Source: Candidatus Intricatilinea gracilis (GTDB taxonomy: Bacteria; Pseudomonadota; Gammaproteobacteria; Burkholderiales; Burkholderiaceae_C). Taken from it: a DNA stretch of 64,000 nt. Shown here one piece after another: positions 51,919 through 61,065 of the stretch. Location of the stretch: NCBI GenBank assembly GCA_016702605.1, contig JADJDQ010000007.1, positions 112,293-176,292 of the forward strand. Direction: 5' to 3'. A model generated the notes under the pieces. The model did not search any database. It saw nothing but the letters and a program-made list of their open reading frames with translations, and had not been told where the DNA came from. The translations under genes were made by a program, and so were the position numbers. Position 1 is the stretch's first letter. Each line of letters begins with the position of its first letter.

Positions 51919-53019
51919 TCAGCGAAAGCGCGGGTCGTCGCTGGGTGGTGCGGTGGCCGGCTCGGGGGCTTCGACGAAACGCACGTCGGGTTCCACCACC
52001 GGCGGTGAGTTGATCGCCGCCACGTGTTCGTAGATGGCGCGGATGAGCGGCTCGCAGCCTTCACGCGTGAGCGCCGAGATCTCGAACACCGGGCCCTTCC
52101 AGCGCATGCGCTTGACGAAATCCTTCACCAGCGCGGGGCGTTGTTCGACCGGCACCATGTCGAGCTTGTTGAGCACCAGCCAACGCGGCTTGTCGTACAG
52201 CGCCTGATCGTACTTCTTGAGCTCCTTGATGATGGCCTTGGCCTGCGCCACCGGATCGACGGCATCGTCGAACGGTGCCATGTCGACCATGTGCAGCAGC
52301 ACGCGGGTGCGCTGCAGGTGGCGCAGGAAGTAGTGGCCCAGGCCCGCGCCTTCGGACGCACCTTCGATCAGTCCCGGCACGTCGGCCACCACGAAGCTCT
52401 GGCTCGGCCCGACCCGCACCACACCCAGGTTGGGATGCAGCGTGGTGAAGGGGTAGTCGGCGATCTTGGGGCGGGCGTTGGAGATGGCCGCGATCAGTGT
52501 GGACTTGCCAGCGTTGGGCATGCCCAGCAGGCCGGCATCGGCCAGCACACGCAGTTCCATGCGGATGTTCTTGGCCTCACCCGGCCAGCCGGGTGTCTTC
52601 TGTCGCGGTGCGCGGTTCGTGCTGGTCTTGTAGTGCAGGTTGCCGAAGCCACCGTCGCCACCCTTGGCCAGCATGACGCGCTCGCCGTGCGTGAGCAGTT
52701 CGCAGATCTGCTCACCGGTCTCGATGTCGGTGATGATGGTGCCCACCGGCACACGCAGCACGATGTCTTCGGCTGCAGCGCCGAACTGGTCCGAGCCCCG
52801 ACCGGCTTCGCCGTTGCGGGCAAAGTGCTTGCGCGTATAGCGGTAGTCGACCAGCGTGTTGATGTTCAGGTCGGCCTCGGCGAACACATGGCCGCCGCGC
52901 CCGCCGTTGCCGCCGTCCGGCCCGCCGAAGGGGATGAACTTCTCGCGCCGAAAGCTCGCGCAGCCCGCGCCGCCGTTGCCGGCCGAGATGTCGATGGTGA
53001 CTTCGTCGACGAATTTCAT
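51919..53019 (-). CDS. obgE: GTPase ObgE/CgtA
   Basis: [43 protein letters not shown] (the Obg fold), then the G1 motif [18 protein letters not shown] and NKLD. Confidence 0.95.
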   Translation of the reverse strand: MKFVDEVTIDISAGNGGAGCASFRREKFIPFGGPDGGNGGRGGHVFAEADLNINTLVDYRYTRKHFARNGEAGRGSDQFGAAAEDIVLRVPVGTIITDIETGEQICELLTHGERVMLAKGGDGGFGNLHYKTSTNRAPRQKTPGWPGEAKNIRMELRVLADAGLLGMPNAGKSTLIAAISNARPKIADYPFTTLHPNLGVVRVGPSQSFVVADVPGLIEGASEGAGLGHYFLRHLQRTRVLLHMVDMAPFDDAVDPVAQAKAIIKELKKYDQALYDKPRWLVLNKLDMVPVEQRPALVKDFVKRMRWKGPVFEISALTREGCEPLIRAIYEHVAAINSPPVVEPDVRFVEAPEPATAPPSDDPRFR

Positions 53020-53092
53020 CGCATTACTCCTGGGGGGCGGCGCGTGGTGAACGCGGAGCCGGGTGGCGCCGGCACAAGCCGGGCGCCCAAAG

Positions 53093-53118
53093 CAAAAAGC
53101 CCCGGCATGCCGGGGCTT
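53093..53118 (-). terminator. rho-independent terminator/attenuator between rpmA and obgE
   Basis: The minus strand reads AAGCCCCGG-catg-CCGGGGCTT followed by TTTTGCTTT. Confidence 0.75.
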
Positions 53119-53143
53119 GTCCGCACCGTGGGTGCCAGCCGGA

Positions 53144-53401
53144 TCAGGCCGGCGTGACGATCACGGTCTTGCGGTTCTGCGAACCCTTGACGGCAAAAGA
53201 GATCTTGCCATCGACGAGTGCAAACAGCGTGTGGTCGCGACCCATGCCGACATTGGTGCCAGCGTGGAAACGGGTGCCACGCTGGCGCACGATGATCGAG
53301 CCTGCGCTCACCAGTTCACCGCCGTAGGCCTTGACGCCCAGCATCTTGGGTTGGGAATCGCGGCCGTTCCGGGTGGAACCGCCGCCTTTTTTCTGTGCCA
53401 T
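53144..53401 (-). CDS. rpmA: 50S ribosomal protein L27
   Basis: [29 protein letters not shown]...[14 protein letters not shown]. Confidence 0.97.
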   Translation of the reverse strand: MAQKKGGGSTRNGRDSQPKMLGVKAYGGELVSAGSIIVRQRGTRFHAGTNVGMGRDHTLFALVDGKISFAVKGSQNRKTVIVTPA

Positions 53402-53430
53402 GTTTCAGCTCCTGTCTTGCCTGGATGGGG

Positions 53431-53742
53431 TTACGCCGACACCGCGCCGATTTCCAGCTCGGTGTAGTTCTGGCGATGGCCCTGGCGCTTCTGGTAATGC
53501 TTGCGACGGCGCATCTTGAAGATGCGCACCTTGTCGTGCCTGCCATGCGCCACCACCGTGGCCTTCACGCTGGCGCCTTCGACCAAGGGTGTTCCCAACT
53601 TGATGTCCGCACCGCTACCGATGGCGAGCACCTCGTTGAGCACGATCTCTTGGCCGACGTCCGCAGCAATCTGTTCTACCTTGATCTTCTCGCCGGCAAC
53701 AACCTTGTATTGTTTGCCACCGGTTTTTATGACCGCGTACAT
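53431..53742 (-). CDS. rplU: 50S ribosomal protein L21
   Basis: [25 protein letters not shown]...[31 protein letters not shown]. Confidence 0.97.
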   Translation of the reverse strand: MYAVIKTGGKQYKVVAGEKIKVEQIAADVGQEIVLNEVLAIGSGADIKLGTPLVEGASVKATVVAHGRHDKVRIFKMRRRKHYQKRQGHRQNYTELEIGAVSA

Positions 53743-54033
53743 ATCAGCCCTTTCAGTTCCTGTGTCTGTCCTTGCCCGGCTCGCAGCTTGCCCCGATCAG
53801 AGATCAATGGGCGGGCCGTTCCCAGGCGAAGCCCGCGATTCTAGCAGAGGTCGGACGCAACGGCGAGTGATGATCGATGTCGCCGATGTCATCGCTACCC
53901 GGTAGCCACGTTGTGCCGAGCCAACGGCGTCGCCCCCGCGCCACGTCCGGGCCAGTTGATCGAGCTCGGGTCGTGATGAGGCGGGATCACCACGCTGGTT
54001 TCTATAATCGCCCGCTAACCGGAAATCCTGCAC

Positions 54034-55026
54034 GTGAGCCTAGCCGCAACCGCCACCCCGACCCCGTCGACCACCACTCAGCTCATGGCTGCGGAGATGG
54101 CCCAGGTGGATCAGGTCATCCATCGCAGGCTTGCCTCCGAGGTGGTGCTGATCAACCAGATCTCGCACTACATCGTCAGTGCTGGCGGCAAACGCATCCG
54201 GCCCTTGCTTGTGCTGCTGTTTTCCAATGCACTGGGCTTCAAGGGCCCCGAGCGCTTCGAACTGGCGGCCATCGTCGAGTTCATCCATACGGCCACGCTG
54301 CTGCACGACGATGTCGTCGACGAGTCGGCGCTCAGGCGTGGTCGTGCCACGGCCAATGCCTTGTTCGGCAACTCGGCCAGCGTGCTGGTGGGCGACTTCC
54401 TGTACTCGCGCTCGTTCCAGATGATGGTGTCGATCAATCGCCTGCGTGTGCTCGACGTGCTGGCCGATGCCACCAACGTCATCGCCGAAGGCGAGGTCCT
54501 GCAACTCATGAACATGCACGACCCCGACATCAGTGTCGACGACTATCTGCGTGTCATCCGCTACAAGACCGCCAAGCTGTTCGAAGCCAGCGCCAGGCTC
54601 GGTGCCGTCATCGCCGATGCCGGCCCGGCCATCGAGGAAGCCGCTGCCAGTTATGGCCGATCACTCGGCACAGCCTTTCAGCTGGTCGACGACCTGCTCG
54701 ATTACGAAGGCGCTACCGAGAAGCTCGGCAAGAACGTCGGCGACGATCTGCGCGAAGGCAAGCCGACCTTGCCGCTGCTCATCGCCATGCAGCGTGGCAC
54801 GACCGAACAGTCCGACCTGATCCGTCATGCCATCGAACATGGCGAGGTCGAGAAACTCGCCGAGATCGTCGAAATCGTGCGAGCCACCGGTGCCATTGCC
54901 GCCACACGCGAGGCGGCCCGTGAAGAGACCCGCAAGGCAGAAGCACAGCTTCAGCTGATGGCACCTTCCATTTACCGCGAGGCCCTGCTAAACTTGTGCG
55001 TTCAGGCTGTTGACCGCAGCTTCTGA
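54034..55026 (+). CDS. ispB: octaprenyl diphosphate synthase
   Basis: GGKRIRP, the first DDxxD (LLHDDVVDE) and the second DDxxD (FQLVDDLLDY). It is divergent from rplU as in many proteobacteria. The start is GTG 54034 (ATG 54085 is possible). Confidence 0.9.
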   Translation: MSLAATATPTPSTTTQLMAAEMAQVDQVIHRRLASEVVLINQISHYIVSAGGKRIRPLLVLLFSNALGFKGPERFELAAIVEFIHTATLLHDDVVDESALRRGRATANALFGNSASVLVGDFLYSRSFQMMVSINRLRVLDVLADATNVIAEGEVLQLMNMHDPDISVDDYLRVIRYKTAKLFEASARLGAVIADAGPAIEEAAASYGRSLGTAFQLVDDLLDYEGATEKLGKNVGDDLREGKPTLPLLIAMQRGTTEQSDLIRHAIEHGEVEKLAEIVEIVRATGAIAATREAAREETRKAEAQLQLMAPSIYREALLNLCVQAVDRSF

Positions 55027-55031
55027 AACAT

Positions 55032-55108
55032 CGGGGTGTAGCTTAGCCTGGTAGAGCGCTACGTTCGGGACGTAGAGGCCGGAGGTTCGAATCCTCTCAC
55101 CCCGACCA
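55032..55108 (+). tRNA. tRNA-Pro (anticodon CGG)
   Basis: 77 nt, CGGGGTG...CACCCCG-A-CCA. The acceptor stem pairs perfectly. The anticodon stem is CTACG/CGTAG with loop TT-CGG-GA. The T arm is GGAGG-TTCGAAT-CCTCT. Confidence 0.93.
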
Positions 55109-55133
55109 GGATTTCCTTGCAGCGGCGAGGACC

Positions 55134-55166
55134 AACAAAGCCCCACATGCTGGGGCTTTGTTGTTT
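55134..55166 (+). terminator. rho-independent terminator after tRNA-Pro (possibly bidirectional)
   Basis: AACAAAGCCCCA-catgc-TGGGGCTTTGTT is a 12-bp stem, followed by GTTTCC. Confidence 0.75.
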
Positions 55167-55245
55167 CCGGGCTCGTTCACGGCCCGTGATTGACGCGGCG
55201 ATCCGACCTGCATTGCTGCATGTGATGACCTGTCGCGCCAGGTGC

Positions 55246-56133
55246 TTAGCGTGCAGGCTGTATCGCCGCAAGCATGTCCGCGAGCTCGGGCATCAAGGCG
55301 CCGGGCTCGGCCTTGTGCAGTGCGCCTTGCAGCGTCGTGAGCACAGCCGCAGCGATGTCGCGTGCCGCGCCGCCGTCTGCTGCCATCGTGTTGTAGTAGC
55401 CCAGGTCCTTGGCGGCATTGGCGATCGAGAAGCGCAGACCTGTCGGGTCCTTGTCGAGCAGCCAGGGCTTCATGCGTTCGAGCGCGATGCCTCCCGCGCC
55501 GCCCTTGGCCAGCACGTCGACGAACACCTCGGGTGCCACACCATGCTGGCCGGCACAGGCCGCCGCCTCACACAGCAGGCTGACCATGCCCAGCGACACG
55601 TAGTTGTGCAGCAACTTCATGCTGTGCCCCGCACCTACGGGGCCGGCGTGAAATATGTTCTCGGCAAAACAACGCAGCAGTGGACGACATTGGTCCAGCA
55701 CGTCGAGGTCACCGCCCACCAGCAGGTTCAGGCGACCTTCGGCGGCCTCCTTGGGTGTGCGGGTCATGGGTGTATCCAGAAACCGGCTGCCCGCGGCCTG
55801 CACGGCCTGCGCCATACGCAACGTCGACGACGGGATGGCCGTCGAGCAGTCGATCACCACACTGCCGGGCCGCAGGCCTTCAAGCACGCCGCCCGGGCCG
55901 GTGAGCACGGTCTCGACCTGCGGCGAGCCGGTCAGCACCAGGATGACGATGTCCGACCGCGCGGCCAGTTCCGCAGCGCTGTGCACCACGCTCGCGCCCG
56001 CCGCCACCAGCGTCTCGAGCGGCTGGTTGCCTTCATGGGCGAGCATGCAGAGCCTGTGGCCATGCTTGACGATGTTGCCCGCTATGCCGTGGCCCATGAG
56101 GCCGATGCCGACCATGCCGACGTTGAAGGTCAT
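55246..56133 (-). CDS. NAD(P)-dependent oxidoreductase, 3-hydroxyisobutyrate / 6-phosphogluconate dehydrogenase-like family
   Basis: From ATG 56133 behind GGAG: MTFNVGMVGIGLMGHGIAGN (Rossmann), ...VIDCST..., ...GAGHSMKLLHNY. Confidence 0.85.
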   Translation of the reverse strand: MTFNVGMVGIGLMGHGIAGNIVKHGHRLCMLAHEGNQPLETLVAAGASVVHSAAELAARSDIVILVLTGSPQVETVLTGPGGVLEGLRPGSVVIDCSTAIPSSTLRMAQAVQAAGSRFLDTPMTRTPKEAAEGRLNLLVGGDLDVLDQCRPLLRCFAENIFHAGPVGAGHSMKLLHNYVSLGMVSLLCEAAACAGQHGVAPEVFVDVLAKGGAGGIALERMKPWLLDKDPTGLRFSIANAAKDLGYYNTMAADGGAARDIAAAVLTTLQGALHKAEPGALMPELADMLAAIQPAR

Positions 56134-56354
56134 GTGGATCTCCATGAGGTTGAGCTTGTGCTGCCGGGCCGGTGGGGGCGGGCCTGGGTGGCCGAACTGC
56201 AAGGTCACTAGTGTTGCCTGTTCGGGGGCAGTGCGGATGCGAGCAATCACCCGATGCGGCCCGGCCACAATCGCCGCGGGTCCGCCGTGTTGCGGTCCCT
56301 CGCTCGTCACTTGTCAACAAGCGCAGCAAGCGCTCACCCTGGAGGCTCTCCCGC

Positions 56355-56738
56355 ATGTTTTCCCACATCATGATCGGCACCAACAATCTCGACCGGGCCA
56401 AGGCGTTCTACGACGCGTTGCTCGGCACCCTGGGTGTGCCGGTCGGCGCGGTCGACCGCCACCGCGTCTTCTGGCGCACGCCCACGGGGGTGTTCTCGGT
56501 GACGCTGCCGATCAACGGTGAGCCGGCCACGGTCGGCAACGGCAGTACCTTTGGATTTCTTTGCCAGTCGAGCGAACAGGTCGATGCCTGGCACGCTGCC
56601 GGTGTGGCCCATGGCGGCACGAGCTGCGAAGACCCGCCTGGCCTGCGTGAGGGGGCCAGCGGCCGCCTCTACCTGGCCTATTTGCGTGACCCGGACGGCA
56701 ACAAGATCTGCGGCCTGTACCGCCTGCCGCGCGCCTGA
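56355..56738 (+). CDS. VOC (glyoxalase/bleomycin resistance/dioxygenase) family protein
   Basis: From ATG 56355 behind GGAGG: MFSHIMIGTNNLDRAKAFYDALLG...YLAYLRDPDGNKI. Confidence 0.85.
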   Translation: MFSHIMIGTNNLDRAKAFYDALLGTLGVPVGAVDRHRVFWRTPTGVFSVTLPINGEPATVGNGSTFGFLCQSSEQVDAWHAAGVAHGGTSCEDPPGLREGASGRLYLAYLRDPDGNKICGLYRLPRA

Positions 56739-56843
56739 GCTGCCACCGGACCCGCTGCCCGCGCCGGGTCCGCCCGGCATAAGCGCCAGCACATCGCCAC
56801 AATCGCGCACCACCATTGGACACCTCGGCCGCGAGCGCATCCC

Positions 56844-57959
56844 ATGACGCATCTCTTCGCCCCCTGGCAACTCGGCGATCTGCCGCTACCCAACCGCATC
56901 GTCATCGCGCCCATGTGCCAGTACTCGGCGGTGGACGGCTCGGCCAGCGACTGGCACCTCATGCACCTGGGCCAGCTCGCCATCTCGGGCGCGGGGCTGC
57001 TCATCCTCGAGGCCACGGCGGTGTCGGCCGAAGGCCGCATCACGCCGGGCTGCCTGGGCCTGTATTCGGATGCCAACGAGGCCGCGCTGGCGCGGGTGCT
57101 CGCCGCCGTGCGGTCCAGTTCGGCCATGCCGCTGGCGATGCAGATCTCACACGCCGGGCGCAAGGCGTCGAGCCAGGTGCCGTGGGAAGGCGGCCAGCAG
57201 ATCGCGCCCGATGCGCCGACCGGCTGGCAGGCCCGGGCGCCGTCGGCCTTGCCACATGGCGCCTGCGAAGTGCCGCCCACCGCGCTCGACGCCGCCGGCC
57301 TGGCCCAGGTGCGCGACGACTTCGTCGCCACCGCGCGGCGCGCCGTGCGCCTGGGCATCCAGGGCATCGAGCTGCATGGCGCACACGGCTACCTGCTGCA
57401 CCAGTTCCTGTCGCCGCTGAGCAATCGACGCACCGACGCCTACGGCGGCTCGCTGGCCAACCGCATGCGGTTCGTGCTCGAGGTGTTCGACGCCGTGCGT
57501 GCTGCAGTGCCGGCCAGCGTGCCGGTGTGGCTACGCCTGTCGGCCACCGACTGGGTCGACGGTGGCTGGGATCTGCCGTCCACCATCACGCTCGGCCATG
57601 AACTGAAGGCGCGCGGCTGCGCGGCGCTGCACATCAGCAGCGGCGGGGTGTCACCCCTGCAGAAGATTGCGCTCGGGCCGGGCTACCAGGTGTTTCTGGC
57701 CGAGGCGGTCAAGGCCGCGGTGGGCCTGCCGACCATCGCCGTTGGTCTGATCACCGATGCCGAACAGGCTGAAGCCATCGTCGCCACCGGCCAGGCCGAC
57801 GCCGTCGCCATCGCCCGCGCCATGCTCTACAACCCGCGCTGGCCCTGGCATGCCGCCGCCAGGCTGGGCGCCCAGGTCACGGTGCCTGCGCAGTACTGGC
57901 GCTGCCAGCCGCGCGAGCTGAAGGACCTGTTGACCGGCGCCAGCTTCGGCCAGCGCTGA
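56844..57959 (+). CDS. NADH:flavin oxidoreductase (Old Yellow Enzyme family)
   Basis: LPNRIVIAPMCQY...QISHAGRKAS...GIELHGAHGYLLHQFLSPLSNRRTDAYGGS...RLS. Confidence 0.9.
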   Translation: MTHLFAPWQLGDLPLPNRIVIAPMCQYSAVDGSASDWHLMHLGQLAISGAGLLILEATAVSAEGRITPGCLGLYSDANEAALARVLAAVRSSSAMPLAMQISHAGRKASSQVPWEGGQQIAPDAPTGWQARAPSALPHGACEVPPTALDAAGLAQVRDDFVATARRAVRLGIQGIELHGAHGYLLHQFLSPLSNRRTDAYGGSLANRMRFVLEVFDAVRAAVPASVPVWLRLSATDWVDGGWDLPSTITLGHELKARGCAALHISSGGVSPLQKIALGPGYQVFLAEAVKAAVGLPTIAVGLITDAEQAEAIVATGQADAVAIARAMLYNPRWPWHAAARLGAQVTVPAQYWRCQPRELKDLLTGASFGQR

Positions 57960-58013
57960 AGGCATGCTGGCACCTGCTGCGCAACCCGATCTTTCGCCTT
58001 CAGTCGTCCTTGC

Positions 58014-59594
58014 TCAATGCGCCGCGTCCGCCACCGCGCTCGAGCCGGGCGCCGCACGCCCCGGCCGGTGCGTGAACCAGATCGTGCCGATCAGCAGCAG
58101 GAAGCAATACGCCGACGCCAGGAAGATGTCGTCCGCCGCGCGCGTGTAGGCCTGCTGGTCGATCAGGCGTTCGATGGTGGCCAGCGCCTGCGTGGCGTCG
58201 AGGCCACTGGCCTGAAGGCTGGCCAGCGTCTGCGCCAGCGGTGAACCCGGCCGGTCGAGTGTTTCTGCCAGATGGGCGTGATGCATCACGGCGCGGTGTT
58301 CCCACAGCGTGGTGGTGATCGAGGTGCCCATGGCGCCGGCGCTGATACGCACGAAGTTCGACAGCCCCGCCGCTGCGGCGATGCGTTCGGGCGGCAGACC
58401 ACTCATCGTGATGGTGGTGAGCGGGATGAAGAAGAACGCCATCGCCGCACCCTGCGCCAGCGTGGGCACCATGATGTGGATGAAGTCGGTCTGCGTGGTG
58501 AACTGCGAGCGCGCATAGAGCACGCCGGCAAAACCGACGAAGGCGCAACTGGCCATCACGCGTGGATCCCAGCTCGCCACCTTGCGGCCCACCAGCGGTG
58601 TCAGCAGGATGGCGAACACCCCCACCGGCGCCAGCGCGAAGCCGGCCGAGGTAGCGGTGTAACCCATCCACTGCTGCAGCCATAGCGGCAGCAGCACCAC
58701 GTTGCCGAAGAACAGGCCGTAGGCGATCGACAGCGAGATGGCACCGAAGGCGAAGTTGCGCTGCTTGAACAGGCGCAGGTCGACCACCGGATGCTCGTCG
58801 GTCAGCTCCCAGGCGATGAAGACGGCAAACGCCACCACGGCGGTCACCGCCAGCGTGACGATGGTCTGCGAGCTGAACCAGTCCAGCTCCTTGCCCTTGT
58901 CGAGCATCAGCTGCAGGCAGCCCACCCACAACACCAGCAGCACCAGGCCGATGCGGTCGATCGGCAACTTGCGCACCGGTGTCTCGCGTTTGTGATAGAT
59001 CGCCCAGGTCACCGCTGCCGCGCCCAGGCCGACGGGGATGTTGATGTAGAAGATCCACGGCCAGTGGATGTGGTCGGTGATCCAGCCGCCCAGCAGCGGC
59101 CCGGCAACAGGCGCCACCAGCGTCGTCACACCCCATAACGCCAGAGCCAGCCCGGCCTTTTCGCGCGGGTAACTGGCCAGCAGCAGCGTCTGTGACAGCG
59201 GGATCATCGGCCCGGCCACCAGGCCCTGCAGCACCCGAAACGCCACCAGCCATTCGAGGCTGGGCGCCAGGCCGCACAGCCACGAGGTCAGCACGAACAG
59301 CAGCACACTCGTGGTGAACAGCCGCACCGCCCCCAGGCGCTGCGTCAGCCAGCCGGTAAGCGGCACGCTGATGGCGTTGGCCACGCCGAAACTCGTGATC
59401 ACCCAGGTGCCCTGGCTCAGGCTGGCGCCCAGGTCACCCGCAATCGCCGGTATCGACACATTGGCGATCGACGAATCGAGCACGTTCATGAAGGTCGCGA
59501 GCGACAGCGACAAGGTGCCCAGCAGCAGGGCAGGGCCATGCAGCGGCGGCGGTGGCACCCAGGGTGTGGGTGCCGCCTCAGCGTGACGTGTCAT
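58014..59594 (-). CDS. MFS drug efflux transporter, DHA2 (EmrB/QacA) family, 14-TM type
   Basis: MNVLDSSIANVSIPAIAGDLG...WLTQRLG.VRLF...RVLQGLVAGPMIPLSQ. 526 aa. It overlaps the upstream adaptor gene by 17 nt. Confidence 0.9.
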   Translation of the reverse strand: MTRHAEAAPTPWVPPPPLHGPALLLGTLSLSLATFMNVLDSSIANVSIPAIAGDLGASLSQGTWVITSFGVANAISVPLTGWLTQRLGAVRLFTTSVLLFVLTSWLCGLAPSLEWLVAFRVLQGLVAGPMIPLSQTLLLASYPREKAGLALALWGVTTLVAPVAGPLLGGWITDHIHWPWIFYINIPVGLGAAAVTWAIYHKRETPVRKLPIDRIGLVLLVLWVGCLQLMLDKGKELDWFSSQTIVTLAVTAVVAFAVFIAWELTDEHPVVDLRLFKQRNFAFGAISLSIAYGLFFGNVVLLPLWLQQWMGYTATSAGFALAPVGVFAILLTPLVGRKVASWDPRVMASCAFVGFAGVLYARSQFTTQTDFIHIMVPTLAQGAAMAFFFIPLTTITMSGLPPERIAAAAGLSNFVRISAGAMGTSITTTLWEHRAVMHHAHLAETLDRPGSPLAQTLASLQASGLDATQALATIERLIDQQAYTRAADDIFLASAYCFLLLIGTIWFTHRPGRAAPGSSAVADAAH

Positions 59595-61047
59595 CGGCCA
59601 GAGCCAGTGTCTGGCCGGCGGCGTCGGGTTCGACTTGCCTCACCAGCGGCATCGCTGGTTGCGGGCTGGCCGGCCTGAACGGTGCCGCCGGTTTGCCGAT
59701 GCGCCCCAGGTTGGCCGAGATGATGCGTTGCACGTGCATGTCGGCCTGGCGCAGCTGGGTGTCGTACAGGTCGGTCTGCGCCAGCGGCTGGGCGCGCGGC
59801 GCGTCGGCCAGCAGCTTGCCGTCCTGCTTGCTCACGTCCACCGTCACGTGCATCGACAGGCCCACCCGCAGCGGATGGGCGATCAGCTCGCGGGCGTCGA
59901 GCTGGATGCGCACCGGCACCCGCTGCACCACCTTGATCCAGTTGCCGGTGGCGTTTTGCGCCGGCAGCAGCGCAAAGGCCGCGCCGGTGCCCGAACCCAG
60001 GCCGATTACCTTGCCGCGGAACTCGACGCTGTCGCCGTACACGTCGGCACGCACCACGGCCGGCTGGCCGATGCGCAGGCGCCCGAGCTGAACTTCCTTG
60101 AAGTTGGCGTCGACCCAGGCGTCGCGCAGCGCCACCAGGCCCAGCAGCGGCGCGCCGGGCGCCACACGCTGGCCGAGTTGCACCGAGCGGCGCACCACGT
60201 GGGCGTCGATGGGGGCCAGCACCTCGTTGCGCTTGAGCGCCAGCCAGGCCTCGCGCACCTTGGCCGCGGCCGAACGCACCTGCGGATGCTGCGCCACGCT
60301 GCTGCCTTCGGTCAGGTTCTGGCTGGCCATGAACTGCTCGCGCGCGGTCTGCACAGCAGCCGCGGCTGCGGCCAGTGCACTCTTCGCCGTCGCCAGCTGG
60401 GCACGTGCATGCTCGGCCTCCTCACGGCCCACCGCACCGCTGGCTACCAGCGGCTCGCGGCGGTTCAGATCGTCGGTGGCACGTGCCACCTCGGCCTGCG
60501 CACGCGCCAGTTCGGCGTCGCGCTGGCCCACCTGCGACTTGAGCGCCGAGTTGCCGGTGTACAGCTGGCGCACCTCGCGCACGGTCTGTGCCAGCCGGGC
60601 CTCGGCCTGTTCGAGCACGATGCGGGCGTCGGCCGGGTCGAGCTTGACCAGGGTCTGGCCGGCCTTGACGTAGTCGTTGTCGTCCACCGCCACCGCCACC
60701 ACGGTGCCGCCGTTGATGGCGCTGATCTGCACCACGTTGGCCTGCACGTAGGCGTTGTCCGTCGCCTCGGTCTGGCCATGCAGCCAGCCCCACAGCCACC
60801 AGCCGATGGCGCCGATGGCCACCAGCACCGCGATGCCCAGCAACGCACTGCGCCGACGCGAGCCCGAGTCGCCGCTGCCGGATGGCAACCCGGCCGATGA
60901 CCCTGCCGCGGCAGAGGCTGGTGACGATGCCTGTGACGCCGCCTGTGAAGACGCGTGTGCCGGCGCCGGTGATGGCGCCGGTGTCGGCGACACCCCCGCG
61001 GCCGCAGCGTCGCTGGTGCCGGCTGGTCGATCCTGATCTTGACTCAT
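59578..61047 (-). CDS. HlyD/EmrA-family periplasmic adaptor subunit with a low-complexity N-terminus
   Basis: TDNAYVQANVVQISAINGGTVVAVAVDDNDYVKAGQTLVKLD, then coiled-coil segments, then ...WIKVVQRVPVRI, as in EmrA. Confidence 0.88.
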   Translation of the reverse strand: MSQDQDRPAGTSDAAAAGVSPTPAPSPAPAHASSQAASQASSPASAAAGSSAGLPSGSGDSGSRRRSALLGIAVLVAIGAIGWWLWGWLHGQTEATDNAYVQANVVQISAINGGTVVAVAVDDNDYVKAGQTLVKLDPADARIVLEQAEARLAQTVREVRQLYTGNSALKSQVGQRDAELARAQAEVARATDDLNRREPLVASGAVGREEAEHARAQLATAKSALAAAAAAVQTAREQFMASQNLTEGSSVAQHPQVRSAAAKVREAWLALKRNEVLAPIDAHVVRRSVQLGQRVAPGAPLLGLVALRDAWVDANFKEVQLGRLRIGQPAVVRADVYGDSVEFRGKVIGLGSGTGAAFALLPAQNATGNWIKVVQRVPVRIQLDARELIAHPLRVGLSMHVTVDVSKQDGKLLADAPRAQPLAQTDLYDTQLRQADMHVQRIISANLGRIGKPAAPFRPASPQPAMPLVRQVEPDAAGQTLALADDTSR

Positions 61048-61065
61048 GAGGTGGTCGAACCCTGT

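Noticed and set aside
55109-55250. Genomic island integrated at tRNA-Pro
   Set aside because: There is no integrase, no recognisable att-type direct repeat of the tRNA 3' end in the downstream 9 kb that I could spot by eye, and no compositional break. It is kept only as a low-interest note.
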